From assembly GCA_963833225.1 (NCBI GenBank), contig CAWHXD010000008.1:985947-1049946 (forward strand): DNA of 64,000 bases, written 5' to 3'. The notes beneath the pieces were generated by a model. The model had not been told where the DNA came from, did not search any database, and saw only the letters and a list, made by a program, of their open reading frames with translations. Positions within the stretch are counted from its first letter, which is position 1. Each line of letters starts with the position of its first letter. Position numbers and translations under genes: made by a program. This DNA is from an uncultured Chloroflexia bacterium. Its GTDB lineage: Bacteria > Chloroflexota > Limnocylindria > Limnocylindrales > CSP1-4. Below are positions 1-12,591 of this stretch, one piece after another.

Positions 1-143
1 CGCAAACACCTGGCCCAGTGCGCACACCACCTGCATATGGCCGGCCGGAAGGCGGTTCCGGCGCGATCGTGCGCATCCCACGCGAATCTGGCCGGGTCGT
101 GGGCCGATCCCCCGCGCAACGCGCACTCCACGTGAATGTGGCC

Positions 144-303
144 GGGTATGGAGGCCGAGTGGTGGCCGGCCGGCTTGCGGGCCGGGGATGGAGGGCAAGC
201 GGTGGCCGGCGGGTACGCAAGCCGAGCGGTGGCCGGCCGTCTGCGGGCCGGGTGCGCAAGCCGAGCGGTGGCCGGCCGGGTACGCAAGCCGAGTGGTGGC
301 CGG
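144..303 (+). repeat. Five degenerate ~27-28 bp direct repeats (GGGTACGCAAGCCGAGCGGTGGCCGGCC-like)
   Basis: Copies at ~144-171, 184-210, 211-238, 250-277 and 278-303, separated by 0-12 bp. Confidence 0.75.
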
Positions 304-488
304 GGATGTCGCCGACAACCCGGCGCCGGAGCGCTCCACAATAGAACGCCCGTTCTGTGGACAACCCGCCACCGGGACGTTGACAAGCCGCTCACCCACG
401 GTGGACGGCCGGCCCGGGACCGTGGATGAGTCACCGCGGAACGTGGATCCCCGGCCCTCGGTCGGGGATGCCAGCGCAAACCGGCTAA

Positions 489-537
489 CAACAACATGTT
501 GCGATACGAACCACCATCGCACCACTACATCTTGTGG
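489..537 (+). promoter_or_regulatory. Tandem NrdR boxes
   Basis: caaCAACATGTTGcga (489-504) and ccaCTACATCTTGtgg (522-537) match the NrdR consensus acaCwAtATaTwGtgt, lie 33 bp apart and sit directly upstream of the nrdJ promoter. Confidence 0.88.
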
Positions 538-545
538 TTTTGGGC

Positions 546-574
546 TTGACCACGACCCCACCAAGTCGTACAGT
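546..574 (+). promoter_or_regulatory. Sigma70-type promoter of nrdJ
   Basis: TTGACC (546-551), 17 bp spacer, TACAGT (569-574). Confidence 0.75.
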
Positions 575-863
575 CTGACGGTCGCTCCGCTGCCGGACGA
601 CGCCCGGGACGCCCAACGGTACGGCCACCAGAACCGTACGCCAGACCCCCGGGCAGAGACGGCACACGAGCGGCCCGGTGGAAGGCCCGTAGCTGACGTC
701 ACCCCATCCTCGTGACGCGGGACAACCACCCGGACGGAGCTCCTGAACGCTCCGGCGACCCGCCTGGCATCCGGGTCCCGTGCGCGCCCGGAGTCCCCAT
801 CCGGGCCATCGAGCAAGAACGGCGAGGTCCCGCGGTCCGCGGGAGCGGAGGAGACAAGAAGAA

Positions 864-4028
<3,165 letters not shown>

Positions 4029-4050
4029 GCCTCAACCGCCCGTAACTCAC

Positions 4051-4074
4051 AGGCCCGGGCAATTGCCCGGGCCT
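4051..4074 (+). terminator. Perfect 24-bp palindrome after nrdJ, likely terminator hairpin
   Basis: AGGCCCGGGCAATTGCCCGGGCCT between convergent genes. Confidence 0.65.
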
Positions 4075-4312
4075 CTCGATTTACGTCACGAAGCCCGGCA
4101 GACGCGTCCCCGTTGTGGGCATGCACACTGCGCAGCGGGCTGCGGCGAGCCCGCACAGCGCGGATGCCGGGCTATTCCCGTCGGTGGACGGTGACGCCGG
4201 CAGCGCGATCCGCTTCGACGCGTGCGCGGGACGACTCGGTTTCCGGGTCCGATGGGACGCCCCCGAGTGCGGAGCGCCAGTCATCCCGGATGGGGTCATA
4301 CATGATCCCCTC

Positions 4313-5707
4313 CTAGCCATCCGGCAAAGAGGCGTCTCCGAACGTCCGCTCGGCGGACGACGAGAAGGGCGGCGGTTCGGGCGTGGCCTCGTCGGTCGCG
4401 TCGCCCGGCGCCGGCAACCGCGGGGCCGAAGCCGACCAGGCCCGAAGGTGCTGGACAGTGCTCCGGTAGAAGTCGGACGCCTGGTTCTTGGACTCCAGGA
4501 CGAACGAGCCCGCGCCGCGTCCGCGCTTCGCACCGACCTCCTTGGCCTGGCTGACCCGGAACAACTTCGGTTCGCGCTTGGCATCAGCCGGCAGCAGCAG
4601 CTTGTCCGGCTTCTCGCGAACGTCCTTGAGGAGATGTGCCACGGACTCTCGCGCGTTCGGGTAGCGGACCCCGACGCGCGTGGTGTCGGGAGCTTCCTTG
4701 AGCTGGCGCAGTAGCCACGCGATGCGGGTCTTCGCCCTGCCCTCGCGAGGCGCCGGGACCTCAACCGCCGTCGTGAACAGCCGCGCCCGAAGGTCGGCCT
4801 CGAGGTCAATCGACGCCACAGCACCGGGCACGCGGATCGCCGCGATCAGCTTGCCGTCATCGACCAGGGCGCGAATGCCGGCATCGAGTCGAGCCGCCGG
4901 ATCCAGCTTCTTCGGCCACACCGGCTCAACTTCCTGGCCGAGATCCTGGGTCAGGCCGAGGGCCAGGTATTGGACGAACTGCTCCCACCGCGCCGCGACC
5001 TGCCTCACCCCCGGATCCGATGCCCGGAGCGTCTTGGTTCGGGCCCCATCGCGCACGGCAACCCACTTGTCGCCCATGTCCTCGAAACCCCCCGCCCCCG
5101 CCTTCTCGTGGTCGAGGTAGGCGATCAACTCACCGAGAATCCACGCCTGGTCCGGATCGGAGATCCCACGATGCTTGTGCTGGACCCGGGCAACCGTCAT
5201 GACCTGCCACCAGGACAGATGCCGGAGGGCCACCTTCTTCAGACGACGCGGATCGACCGCGACCGGAACTTCGGCCGGTGAGGCGGTGATCTGGTTGGAG
5301 ATCGTCAGGACCGCGTCGAACCCGTTGGCTCGCGCGAGATCGACGTAGCGAGTCACCTGCTCGGCGCGCAGTTCGGCCCCGCCCGTCTTGACTTCCAGCA
5401 GGCAGACCCAGCGCTTCTTGCCCCACTCGACAACGACCGCCCCGTCGGGGATCGAGAGCTTGCCGTCCCCTTCCGGGAACCGGATCTCCGTGAACGTCGA
5501 GATTCGACCGGCCGGAGCGCCGGCGTGGATGAGCAGTGCCCGGCCAAACTGCGGCACCGCCTTCATCACGGCGAGCAGTGAGGACGTCGCGCGCTGCTCC
5601 TGTTCGCCCTGGCCCCCGATCCCGGTCGTCGGGATCAGCCGGGCCGTGCGCCAGGCCTCTTCCGGCCTCGACATCCCCTTCGGCGCGGTGGGCTTTCCTG
5701 CGACCAT
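4313..5707 (-). CDS. PD-(D/E)XK nuclease-fold protein (resembles the C-terminal domain of actinobacterial TerD-fused stress proteins)
   Basis: 464-aa ORF; PDG..x..LLEVKTG motif; N-terminal WRTARLIPTTGIGGQGEQEQRATSSLLAV signature. Confidence 0.7.
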   Translation of the reverse strand: MVAGKPTAPKGMSRPEEAWRTARLIPTTGIGGQGEQEQRATSSLLAVMKAVPQFGRALLIHAGAPAGRISTFTEIRFPEGDGKLSIPDGAVVVEWGKKRWVCLLEVKTGGAELRAEQVTRYVDLARANGFDAVLTISNQITASPAEVPVAVDPRRLKKVALRHLSWWQVMTVARVQHKHRGISDPDQAWILGELIAYLDHEKAGAGGFEDMGDKWVAVRDGARTKTLRASDPGVRQVAARWEQFVQYLALGLTQDLGQEVEPVWPKKLDPAARLDAGIRALVDDGKLIAAIRVPGAVASIDLEADLRARLFTTAVEVPAPREGRAKTRIAWLLRQLKEAPDTTRVGVRYPNARESVAHLLKDVREKPDKLLLPADAKREPKLFRVSQAKEVGAKRGRGAGSFVLESKNQASDFYRSTVQHLRAWSASAPRLPAPGDATDEATPEPPPFSSSAERTFGDASLPDG

Positions 5708-5800
5708 CTCCGGTCCCCCAGTCGACTGCGGTTTGACTGATCATAGACACCGACCGGCAGGGCGAACGTGGCTCACGACAGCCATGGGGGCGTCAGCGGC

Positions 5801-6703
5801 ATGAATGACGAGGTCAACTCAACGCTCACTTGCTCCAGGTGCGGGTCCCCGATGGTCAGGGCAACCGCGAAGAGCGGCCCGCGGATCGGACAGCCGTTGT
5901 GGCGTTGCAGCGACTTCTCGTGTCCGATGCTCATCAATATCGACGAGAGCGAAGCGACTCCACGGGCACCGGTCGCGGGGGAGTCCGCACAGGCACGGTT
6001 CGAACGCGAGCGGCTCGCCAGAACCGAGCGCGCCCGCCGGCTGGCTCCCCTCCTCGCGGCAGTGGCGGTGCTGCTCGCGGCCGGTGCCTTCTTCGTCGGG
6101 GTGGAAATCGCCGGCGATCTTCGGATCGCCGCCATCGCCCCGCTGGCGGTCATCGGCGCCTTCCTCTGGCTCGTCAATCGGCTCCCACCCGAGGTCATCT
6201 ACTGGGGCCACGGCGCGGAGGGCGAGCGGCGGGTCGGTGCCAGGCTGGACAGCTTGGAGCCTGCCGGCTTCGTCACGCTCTACGACCGCCGGATCATCGG
6301 GCGTGGCGGCAACATCGACGCCGTCACGGTCGGGCCGACCGGCGTCTACGTCGTGGAGACCAAGTGGCGAAGCCGGAGCGTGGAGGTGATCAACGGTCGC
6401 CTCGATGTCGGCGGCCGGCCGCAGCCCGACTCGATCCACCAGGTGACCGATCTGGCGCTGCACGTCCAGGTGAGCGTTGCCCAGGTGATGAACCGGCATC
6501 GCCTGACCGTTGTGCCCGTGCTGTGCATCGCGAACCGGAACGTCGAAGGCGGTGAACGGGTCGGCGGCGTCCTCATCGCGAGCGAAGGGACGATCGCCAA
6601 GCGGCTGGCATCCGAGCCGCTCGTGCTGACGGCGAAAGAGGTCCAGGAGCTGGTCCGGCTGCTCGATCAGGCGCTGCCGCCGTTCGAGCGGCGCGCTGGG
6701 TGA
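5801..6703 (+). CDS. NERD nuclease-related domain protein with N-terminal C4 zinc ribbon and two TM helices
   Basis: CSRCGSPM..WRCSDFSC zinc ribbon; hydrophobic segment; GAEGERRVG..GNIDAVTVGPTGVYVVETK NERD motifs. Confidence 0.85.
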   Translation: MNDEVNSTLTCSRCGSPMVRATAKSGPRIGQPLWRCSDFSCPMLINIDESEATPRAPVAGESAQARFERERLARTERARRLAPLLAAVAVLLAAGAFFVGVEIAGDLRIAAIAPLAVIGAFLWLVNRLPPEVIYWGHGAEGERRVGARLDSLEPAGFVTLYDRRIIGRGGNIDAVTVGPTGVYVVETKWRSRSVEVINGRLDVGGRPQPDSIHQVTDLALHVQVSVAQVMNRHRLTVVPVLCIANRNVEGGERVGGVLIASEGTIAKRLASEPLVLTAKEVQELVRLLDQALPPFERRAG

Positions 6704-6886
6704 CGGTGGATCGCGTCAGGGGTCGGACGAGCGGGACGACTCGCCCGGCGGTGGTGTCTCAGTTTGGGGATGCGCCACCGAAGGTCACAGAGCGGCAACG
6801 AAGTACGGATGTTTGCCCGTCAGTCCAGCAGCCCCCGTGGGGTCGCGCCCGCCCCGTGTCGCAAGCCCGCGGCGACCAGCACTGCG

Positions 6887-6921
6887 GGTAGACATCTACC
6901 TTGATCTGATACCTTTCTACC
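6887..6921 (+). promoter_or_regulatory. Probable vapBC autoregulatory operator and leaderless promoter
   Basis: GGTAGA-ca-TCTACC inverted repeat (6887-6900), second TCTACC half-site (6916-6921), -10 TACCTT 6 nt before the ATG. Confidence 0.6.
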
Positions 6922-7179
6922 ATGGGTCTGAACATCAAGAACGCGGACACCCACCGGCTGATCCACGAGCTCGCGGAGCTCACCGGCGAGTCGATGACGA
7001 CAGCGGTCACCGTGGCCGTGCAGGACCGGCTCGCGCGCATCCGCCAGTCGGATCCTGGGGTCGGAATGGCGGACCGCCTGCACGAGATCGCGACCGACAT
7101 GCGGGCGCGGCTGCCCGAGGACTTCCTCGCGGCCGATCCCGCCAGCGACCTCTATGACCGCGACGGACTGCCCACGTGA
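6922..7179 (+). CDS. vapB: VapB antitoxin (Rv0623-like)
   Basis: [38 protein letters not shown]; 4-nt overlap with PIN toxin. Confidence 0.9.
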   Translation: MGLNIKNADTHRLIHELAELTGESMTTAVTVAVQDRLARIRQSDPGVGMADRLHEIATDMRARLPEDFLAADPASDLYDRDGLPT

Positions 7180-7628
7180 TCGTCGACACGTCGGCGCTGA
7201 TCGCGATCGTCCGACAGGAGGCCGACGCGCGACTGTACGAGCTCGCGCTCGAGTCGTCGCCGGTCAACCGGATCTCGGCGGCGACCTGGCTCGAGACGGC
7301 CATCGTGATCGATCGCCTCGGGGATCCACTGCTCAGCCGCCGGCTCGACGAGCTGCTGGCAACGGCCGCCCTGGTCGTGGAGCCCGTGACGGCAGCACAG
7401 GCTCGGCTCGCCCGCGAGGCGTTTCGCGACTTCGGCCGGGGTTCCGGCCACGCGGCGAGCCTCAACTTCGGCGACTGCTTCGCGTATGCCCTGTGCCGCG
7501 AGACGGGTGAGCCGCTGCTGTTCAAGGGTGATGACTTCGGGCACACCGACGTCCCGTACGTCGGCCAACCGTCCGAGCGCGGCCGCCTGGGCGAGCTCCG
7601 AGAGGCGTACTCGGCGGTCACGCGCTAA
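7176..7628 (+). CDS. vapC: VapC PIN-domain ribonuclease toxin
   Basis: [32 protein letters not shown] motifs. Confidence 0.93.
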   Translation: MIVDTSALIAIVRQEADARLYELALESSPVNRISAATWLETAIVIDRLGDPLLSRRLDELLATAALVVEPVTAAQARLAREAFRDFGRGSGHAASLNFGDCFAYALCRETGEPLLFKGDDFGHTDVPYVGQPSERGRLGELREAYSAVTR

Positions 7629-7952
7629 GGGGCACAACCCCCGCCTCTCGATGGCTGAGATCGTGCATCAGCTGCGCGCGTGCCGCGACGCCGGGATGGC
7701 GGCGAGGGCCCTGCGCCCCCTGGGCCTGGAGCGCCAGCGACGCCGAGCCTGCCCGCGTGGTGCGGGTCCGGCGGGCTCGTCGAGATCGGGATCTGGGGTA
7801 GCACGGAGACCCGCGAGCTGTCCGACCCGACTCGGAACGCGTCAGAAGACGGCCAGCGACCCACGCGCCTCGGAGTCCTGCCGGCCGCCGGGAATCGCGA
7901 TGCCCCGTCCGGTGGACGAGGCATCGTCGTGCCGGGACTCCGAGGAGTCCGA

Positions 7953-8048
7953 TCAGATGGGACGGACCGAAGCGATGCCCGCGAGGGCGAGCGCCGCGAC
8001 GGCGAGGACGCGCACGAGCGCGTCAAGGCGCGGGCGGGCCGTGGCCAC
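7953..8048 (-). CDS. 31-aa hydrophobic small ORF (MATARPRLDALVRVLAVAALALAGIASVRPI); small membrane peptide or remnant of a secreted-protein gene
   Basis: AGGAGG RBS (8059-8054), GTG at 8048, TGA at 7955-7953; immediately downstream of the riboswitch; absent from the ORF track. Confidence 0.55.
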   Translation of the reverse strand: MATARPRLDALVRVLAVAALALAGIASVRPI

Positions 8049-8060
8049 ACCAACCTCCTG

Positions 8061-8142
8061 TCCGGCAACCCGGCTGACTCGGGCGAGCCCGAGTCCCGTG
8101 GTTTTGCGTCCCCGGGTCACCCCGGGTTTGCCCTTATCGGCC
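8061..8142 (-). ncRNA. c-di-GMP-I (GEMM-I) riboswitch
   Basis: Minus strand reads AAGGGCAAACCCGGG-GTGA-CCCGGGGACGCAAAACCACGGGACTCGGGCTCGCCCGAGTCAGCCGGGTTGCCG; matches GGCAAACC / GNRA loop / GGGACGCAAA / AGCCGGGTTGCC consensus. Confidence 0.9.
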
Positions 8143-8265
8143 AGCCGCTGGGGCTGGGACGGCTCTCGCCGCCTGCCGTAACCCTACTCCGCTGGCGCCG
8201 CCGCGCACCACGCATTCCGTCCCATTCGGGGCCCGTACCATGGGCGGCTGTGCCACCATCCCGCC

Positions 8266-8952
8266 ATGCACATCGGCCTCATCGGCGGCATCGGCCCCGC
8301 CGCGAGCATCGTCTACTGCGACCGGCTCTCGCGCGCCGTACGCGCCGCCAGCGGGCGCCTCGAGCTGACCATCGTCCAGGCGGACGTCGACGAGCTGATC
8401 GCGAACGTCCTAGGGGACCGGCGCGACGCGCAGGCGCGGGTCTACGTTGGGCTCATCGAGCGCCTGCGGGCGGCGGGTGCCGAGTGCGCGGCGATCACCT
8501 CGATCGGCGGCAACTTCTGCTTCCCCGAGACCGAGGCCATCTCCCCGCTGCCCCTGGTGAGCGCGGTCGCGCCGCTCGACGACCACTTCGCGTCCCGCGG
8601 CCTCCGACGCGTCGGCCTGCTGGGCACCGAGGTCGTGATGCGGACCCGTCTCTACGGCCAGCTGGTCCGGACCGAGGCGGTCGCACCCGAGGGGGACCTC
8701 GCCGCGCTCGGGAAGCTGTACCAGGACATCGCGGTGGCGGGTGCCTGTACGGACGCGCAGCGCGCGACGCTGCTGGAGGCCGGCCGGCGGATGGTCAAGG
8801 TCCGGGGCGCCGAGGCGATCGTGCTCGCGGGCACGGACCTGGGCCTCGCGTTCGACGGCAGCGTGGACCCGGGCTACCGGGTGATCGACGCGCTCGACGT
8901 CCATGTCGCGGTGCTGGCGGATCTCGCGCTGGGGCGCGCGCCGCGCTCGTAG
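8266..8952 (+). CDS. Aspartate/glutamate racemase family protein
   Basis: MHIGLIGGIGPAAS..; RRVGLLGT; EAIVLAGTDL. Confidence 0.85.
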   Translation: MHIGLIGGIGPAASIVYCDRLSRAVRAASGRLELTIVQADVDELIANVLGDRRDAQARVYVGLIERLRAAGAECAAITSIGGNFCFPETEAISPLPLVSAVAPLDDHFASRGLRRVGLLGTEVVMRTRLYGQLVRTEAVAPEGDLAALGKLYQDIAVAGACTDAQRATLLEAGRRMVKVRGAEAIVLAGTDLGLAFDGSVDPGYRVIDALDVHVAVLADLALGRAPRS

Positions 8953-9151
8953 GGCCGTGGTCCGGCCGTCGTCGATGTTGACGGCTTCATCTCGCCCAAG
9001 TCGCGGACGGCGATGGCCGGCGGCACTGGGCACGATGGCGGTGCCTGGTGGCACCGGAGGCCAACGACGGGCCATCCGTCACTGGCGCCGCCCGACACCC
9101 TGCGGCAAGTTCTCCCTCGCCAGGCCCGCGGCGGCCGATCACCAAGGGGGG

Positions 9152-11176
9152 ATGGAATTGCGCACCACACTGCGGCGGCTGGTCGTGGCCGGTGGCTTCG
9201 CGCTCCTCGGGCTGGCCGGGATCGCCGGCGTTGCCGCTGGCACGGTGCCCGGCGATGGACCTCCGTCACCGTTGCTCAAGATCCTGCCGGGCGTGGTGAC
9301 GTCAAACCCCGACGTGACGCTGGATCTGCTCCCGCCGCCAACCGACGGTGGAACCGTCCGGATCAGCAACGACGGGTTCAGCTGGGTGGAGCGCCCGTGG
9401 ACCGACGAGGTCGCGTGGTCGTTGATCGACCCCGCCGCCGGAGGCATGGACGCCGACGGCTGGAAGGACGTCAACGTCGAGTACCGCGAGGCAGGCGAGT
9501 CCCTGTTCGAGCAAGGCAACCACGTGATCCTCGACCGCGAGGTGCCGATCTTCGATGGGCTGGCGGTGGTGATCCGGGCCCAGCGATGGAATGGCTGGAT
9601 CAACCACAACGTCATGCTGGGCGGAACCGCTGCGCGCGTCTCCCTTGACGGTGATCACTGGACGCCTTGGCGCGACGACTTCTCGATCGACCTGTTCTCG
9701 GACCCGACGGCCGCCGGCTGGATCCACGGCGATCACACGCTGTGGGTCCAGCTCCGCGACGGGGCAGGCAGCCCGAGTGAACCGCTGCCCACGCCGGCAA
9801 CGATCCTCGCGATGGACCGGGAGGCCCCAGCAGGGGGCTCAGGCCCCGTCTCGGTCGGGTTCGAGCTTCCGCAGCCGGCGGTCACCGGCGAGCTGTTCAC
9901 GATCCGGCCGGTCTGGCCGGAGGGCTACGTGCTGCCCGACGATGCCTGGTGCGAGTGGGTCCTCCACTGGGGCGACGACGCCTCGATCATGTCGCAACCC
10001 AACGCGACCTGGGGCGAGCTCTACTTCAATCGCCCGGCGACAACGGGCATCTGCTCTGAGTGGACGTTCACCCTCCCCTATCGAGAGGCCCGCCAGTTCC
10101 ACTGGACGTTCCAGGCCTGGCGAATGCGCGATGGCTCCTCCCCAGATGACCCCTACGGTGCCCCCATCTACGGCTCGAGCAACACGGAGGATCAGATCTT
10201 CCGTGCCCTGCTGGGCTCCACCGATCCCCACATGACGACCAGCTCGGTGCCGATCGCCTATCTCCTCCCGGACAGCACGATCACGCGGGCGGGCGAGCCG
10301 GTCACGTATCGGCTCCTCACGACGAACGGTGCGGGGGTTCCGCAGAACGGCGACTTCTGGACCTACTCGACCTCCTGCTTCCACAACCCCAACTGGAGCC
10401 AGACGGGCGGAAACAGCTACACCTACACCCCCGACTGTGACGGTGAATGGGTGACCGGGTGGACCGGCATGATGCGCGGCGGGTACATGCGCAGCCAGTA
10501 CGACCCCCTGGCGGATGGCAGGGCGCCGAAGGTGACCGGGCCGACCGTCAGGCCACGCTCCACGTCGTTCGGCAAGGCCGTCCCGGTGACCATCGCATGG
10601 AGCGCCCGCGACAAGGGGAGCGGCGTCGCCCGATACCAGCTCCAGGTCAGCCGGAATGGCCGGCGCTGGCACGACGTGGACCTGTCGGGGCGCCTCACCC
10701 GCAGCCTCACGAGGTCCCTGTCGGCCGACGGCACATACCGCTTCCGCGTCAGGGCACGCGACGGCGTCGGCAATTGGAGCGCCTGGACGCCCGGCCCGAC
10801 CATTCGTGCGCGGTTGCTCCAGGAGACATCGGGTGCGGTGCACTGGTCGGCTGGGTGGGCAAGGACGATTTCGTCGTCACTGAGCGGCGGCCACGGCCGT
10901 GCCACGTCGACGGCCGGCGCGAAGGCCAGGCTGACCTCCGACATGCGAGGCGTCTCGCTCGTCGCGCGACGCGGACCTGACTGCGGCGTCGCCGAGATCT
11001 GGGTCGACGGGACCCTGCGGGCGACGGTGGACCTCTGGTCGGCGACAACCACGGGCCCGCAGGTGGTGTTCACCCGTTCCTGGGGCTCCACCAAGGGGCA
11101 CACCGTGGTGGTACGCAACCTCGCGACCGACGGACGCCCGACCATCGAGCTCGACGCGTTCCTCGTGCTGCGCTGA
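9152..11176 (+). CDS. Secreted multidomain protein with C-terminal FN3 and beta-sandwich module
   Basis: Signal peptide MELRTTLRRLVVAGGFALLGLAGIAGVAA; TYRFRVRARDGVGNWSAW FN3 motif; Trp-rich body. Confidence 0.8.
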   Translation: MELRTTLRRLVVAGGFALLGLAGIAGVAAGTVPGDGPPSPLLKILPGVVTSNPDVTLDLLPPPTDGGTVRISNDGFSWVERPWTDEVAWSLIDPAAGGMDADGWKDVNVEYREAGESLFEQGNHVILDREVPIFDGLAVVIRAQRWNGWINHNVMLGGTAARVSLDGDHWTPWRDDFSIDLFSDPTAAGWIHGDHTLWVQLRDGAGSPSEPLPTPATILAMDREAPAGGSGPVSVGFELPQPAVTGELFTIRPVWPEGYVLPDDAWCEWVLHWGDDASIMSQPNATWGELYFNRPATTGICSEWTFTLPYREARQFHWTFQAWRMRDGSSPDDPYGAPIYGSSNTEDQIFRALLGSTDPHMTTSSVPIAYLLPDSTITRAGEPVTYRLLTTNGAGVPQNGDFWTYSTSCFHNPNWSQTGGNSYTYTPDCDGEWVTGWTGMMRGGYMRSQYDPLADGRAPKVTGPTVRPRSTSFGKAVPVTIAWSARDKGSGVARYQLQVSRNGRRWHDVDLSGRLTRSLTRSLSADGTYRFRVRARDGVGNWSAWTPGPTIRARLLQETSGAVHWSAGWARTISSSLSGGHGRATSTAGAKARLTSDMRGVSLVARRGPDCGVAEIWVDGTLRATVDLWSATTTGPQVVFTRSWGSTKGHTVVVRNLATDGRPTIELDAFLVLR

Positions 11177-11203
11177 TCCTGGTTGCGCTGGGGCGGCGCC
11201 GGG

Positions 11204-12523
11204 TCAGCCGCGAGTTGCCTCGGTGGTGCCAACGGCGCGAGCCAGCCGCGGCCAGAACGCCGCGAGCCCAACCGCCCGATACACGTACATACACAGGAAC
11301 GCGACCCAGACCCCAGCATTCCCGAACCGCGGGGCGAGGACGACGTCGGTCGCCACGTAGAGGACGACCGCGGCCACGCCGGCGGTCCGGAGCGCGCGAC
11401 CCTGGGTCGTGCCGAGGAAGACCCCGTCGAGCTGCCAGGCGGCGACGCCGAGCAGCGGGACGACGGCACACAGCGGCAGAGCGGCGAGCGCCGCGTCCCG
11501 GGCGGCCGGGTCGGCGACGATGGCCCTGATGACGGGGGTCCCGCCCACGAAGTACAGGAGCGTGAACGCCGCGGCGAACCCGACGGCGATCTCGCTCGTC
11601 AGGCGCACCGCCCGCCGGAGCCGGGCTGGGTCGCGGGAGCCGAACGCCTCCCCGGCCTCCTTCTCAGTGACGAAGGCGAACGCATCCAGCACGAACGCGG
11701 ACACGGTGATGAACTGGAGCAGGACCTGGTTGCCGGCCAGCGCCGCGGTCCCCACCTTCGCGCCAGAGTTGGCGAACCAGGCAAAGGCGAAGACCAGGGC
11801 GACGGTCCGGATCAGAATGTCCCGGTTGGTCGCGAGGAGCGCCCGCAGCCGCGCGCCATCGGCGATCCGGGCCCGATCGACAACCCGGAGCTCGCCACGC
11901 ACGAGGAGGAGCCCGAACCCGAGGGCGACCCACTCCGCGATCGCGGTGCCGGCGCCGATCCCGGCCGGCCCGAGGTGGAGACCGGCGACGAACCAGGCGT
12001 CGAGGACGGCGTTGACCCCGTTGAGGACGACCTGGAGCGCCAGCAGCGAACGCGTGCGTCCGGCGCCGATGAGCCAGCCGCTGATCCCAAAGTTGACGAG
12101 GATGGCCGGCGCGCCCCAGATCCGGGCCCCGAAGTAGGACGCGGCTCCCGCCTCGACGTCCGGCGCGGCGCCGAACAGGGCCAGCGCACCGGCCAGGATC
12201 GCGGGCGCCAGCACCAGGATGGCCAGTCCGATGCCGCCTCCGAGCAGCGCGGCCCGGGCCAGGACGGCCCGGCTCTCCTGCCGGTCGCCGGCACCGAGCG
12301 CCTGCGCCGTCAGCCCGGTGGTCGACATCCGCAGGAACCCGAAGCTCCAGTAGATGAAGTTGAAGGTGACGGCGGCGAGCGCCACCGCGGCGAGGTCCAC
12401 CGCCCTCCCGACGCTGCCCATCACCGCCGTGTCGACGATGCCGGTCGTGGCCGTCGCCACCTGGGCGAGGACGACCGGCCAGGCAAGCGCCAGGACCCGG
12501 GCGCGCGTCAGAGGCTGGGACAT
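11204..12523 (-). CDS. MATE family efflux transporter (DinF-like)
   Basis: LAWPVVLAQ..GIVDTAVMG..FGFLRMSTTGLTAQALGAGD; about 12 TM segments. Confidence 0.92.
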   Translation of the reverse strand: MSQPLTRARVLALAWPVVLAQVATATTGIVDTAVMGSVGRAVDLAAVALAAVTFNFIYWSFGFLRMSTTGLTAQALGAGDRQESRAVLARAALLGGGIGLAILVLAPAILAGALALFGAAPDVEAGAASYFGARIWGAPAILVNFGISGWLIGAGRTRSLLALQVVLNGVNAVLDAWFVAGLHLGPAGIGAGTAIAEWVALGFGLLLVRGELRVVDRARIADGARLRALLATNRDILIRTVALVFAFAWFANSGAKVGTAALAGNQVLLQFITVSAFVLDAFAFVTEKEAGEAFGSRDPARLRRAVRLTSEIAVGFAAAFTLLYFVGGTPVIRAIVADPAARDAALAALPLCAVVPLLGVAAWQLDGVFLGTTQGRALRTAGVAAVVLYVATDVVLAPRFGNAGVWVAFLCMYVYRAVGLAAFWPRLARAVGTTEATRG

Positions 12524-12591
12524 CGAGACCGATCCACGCGAGCAGGGTATCGATTCGGTGACCGTCGTCGCGACCGCGGTACCCTCGAACC

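Noticed and set aside
144-303. CRISPR array
   Set aside because: Repeats are degenerate, gaps are only 0-12 bp and not unique, and there are no cas genes
581-863. Cobalamin riboswitch before nrdJ
   Set aside because: No recognisable B12-box or GGGAA/GCCACTG motifs; kept only as an unknown structured leader
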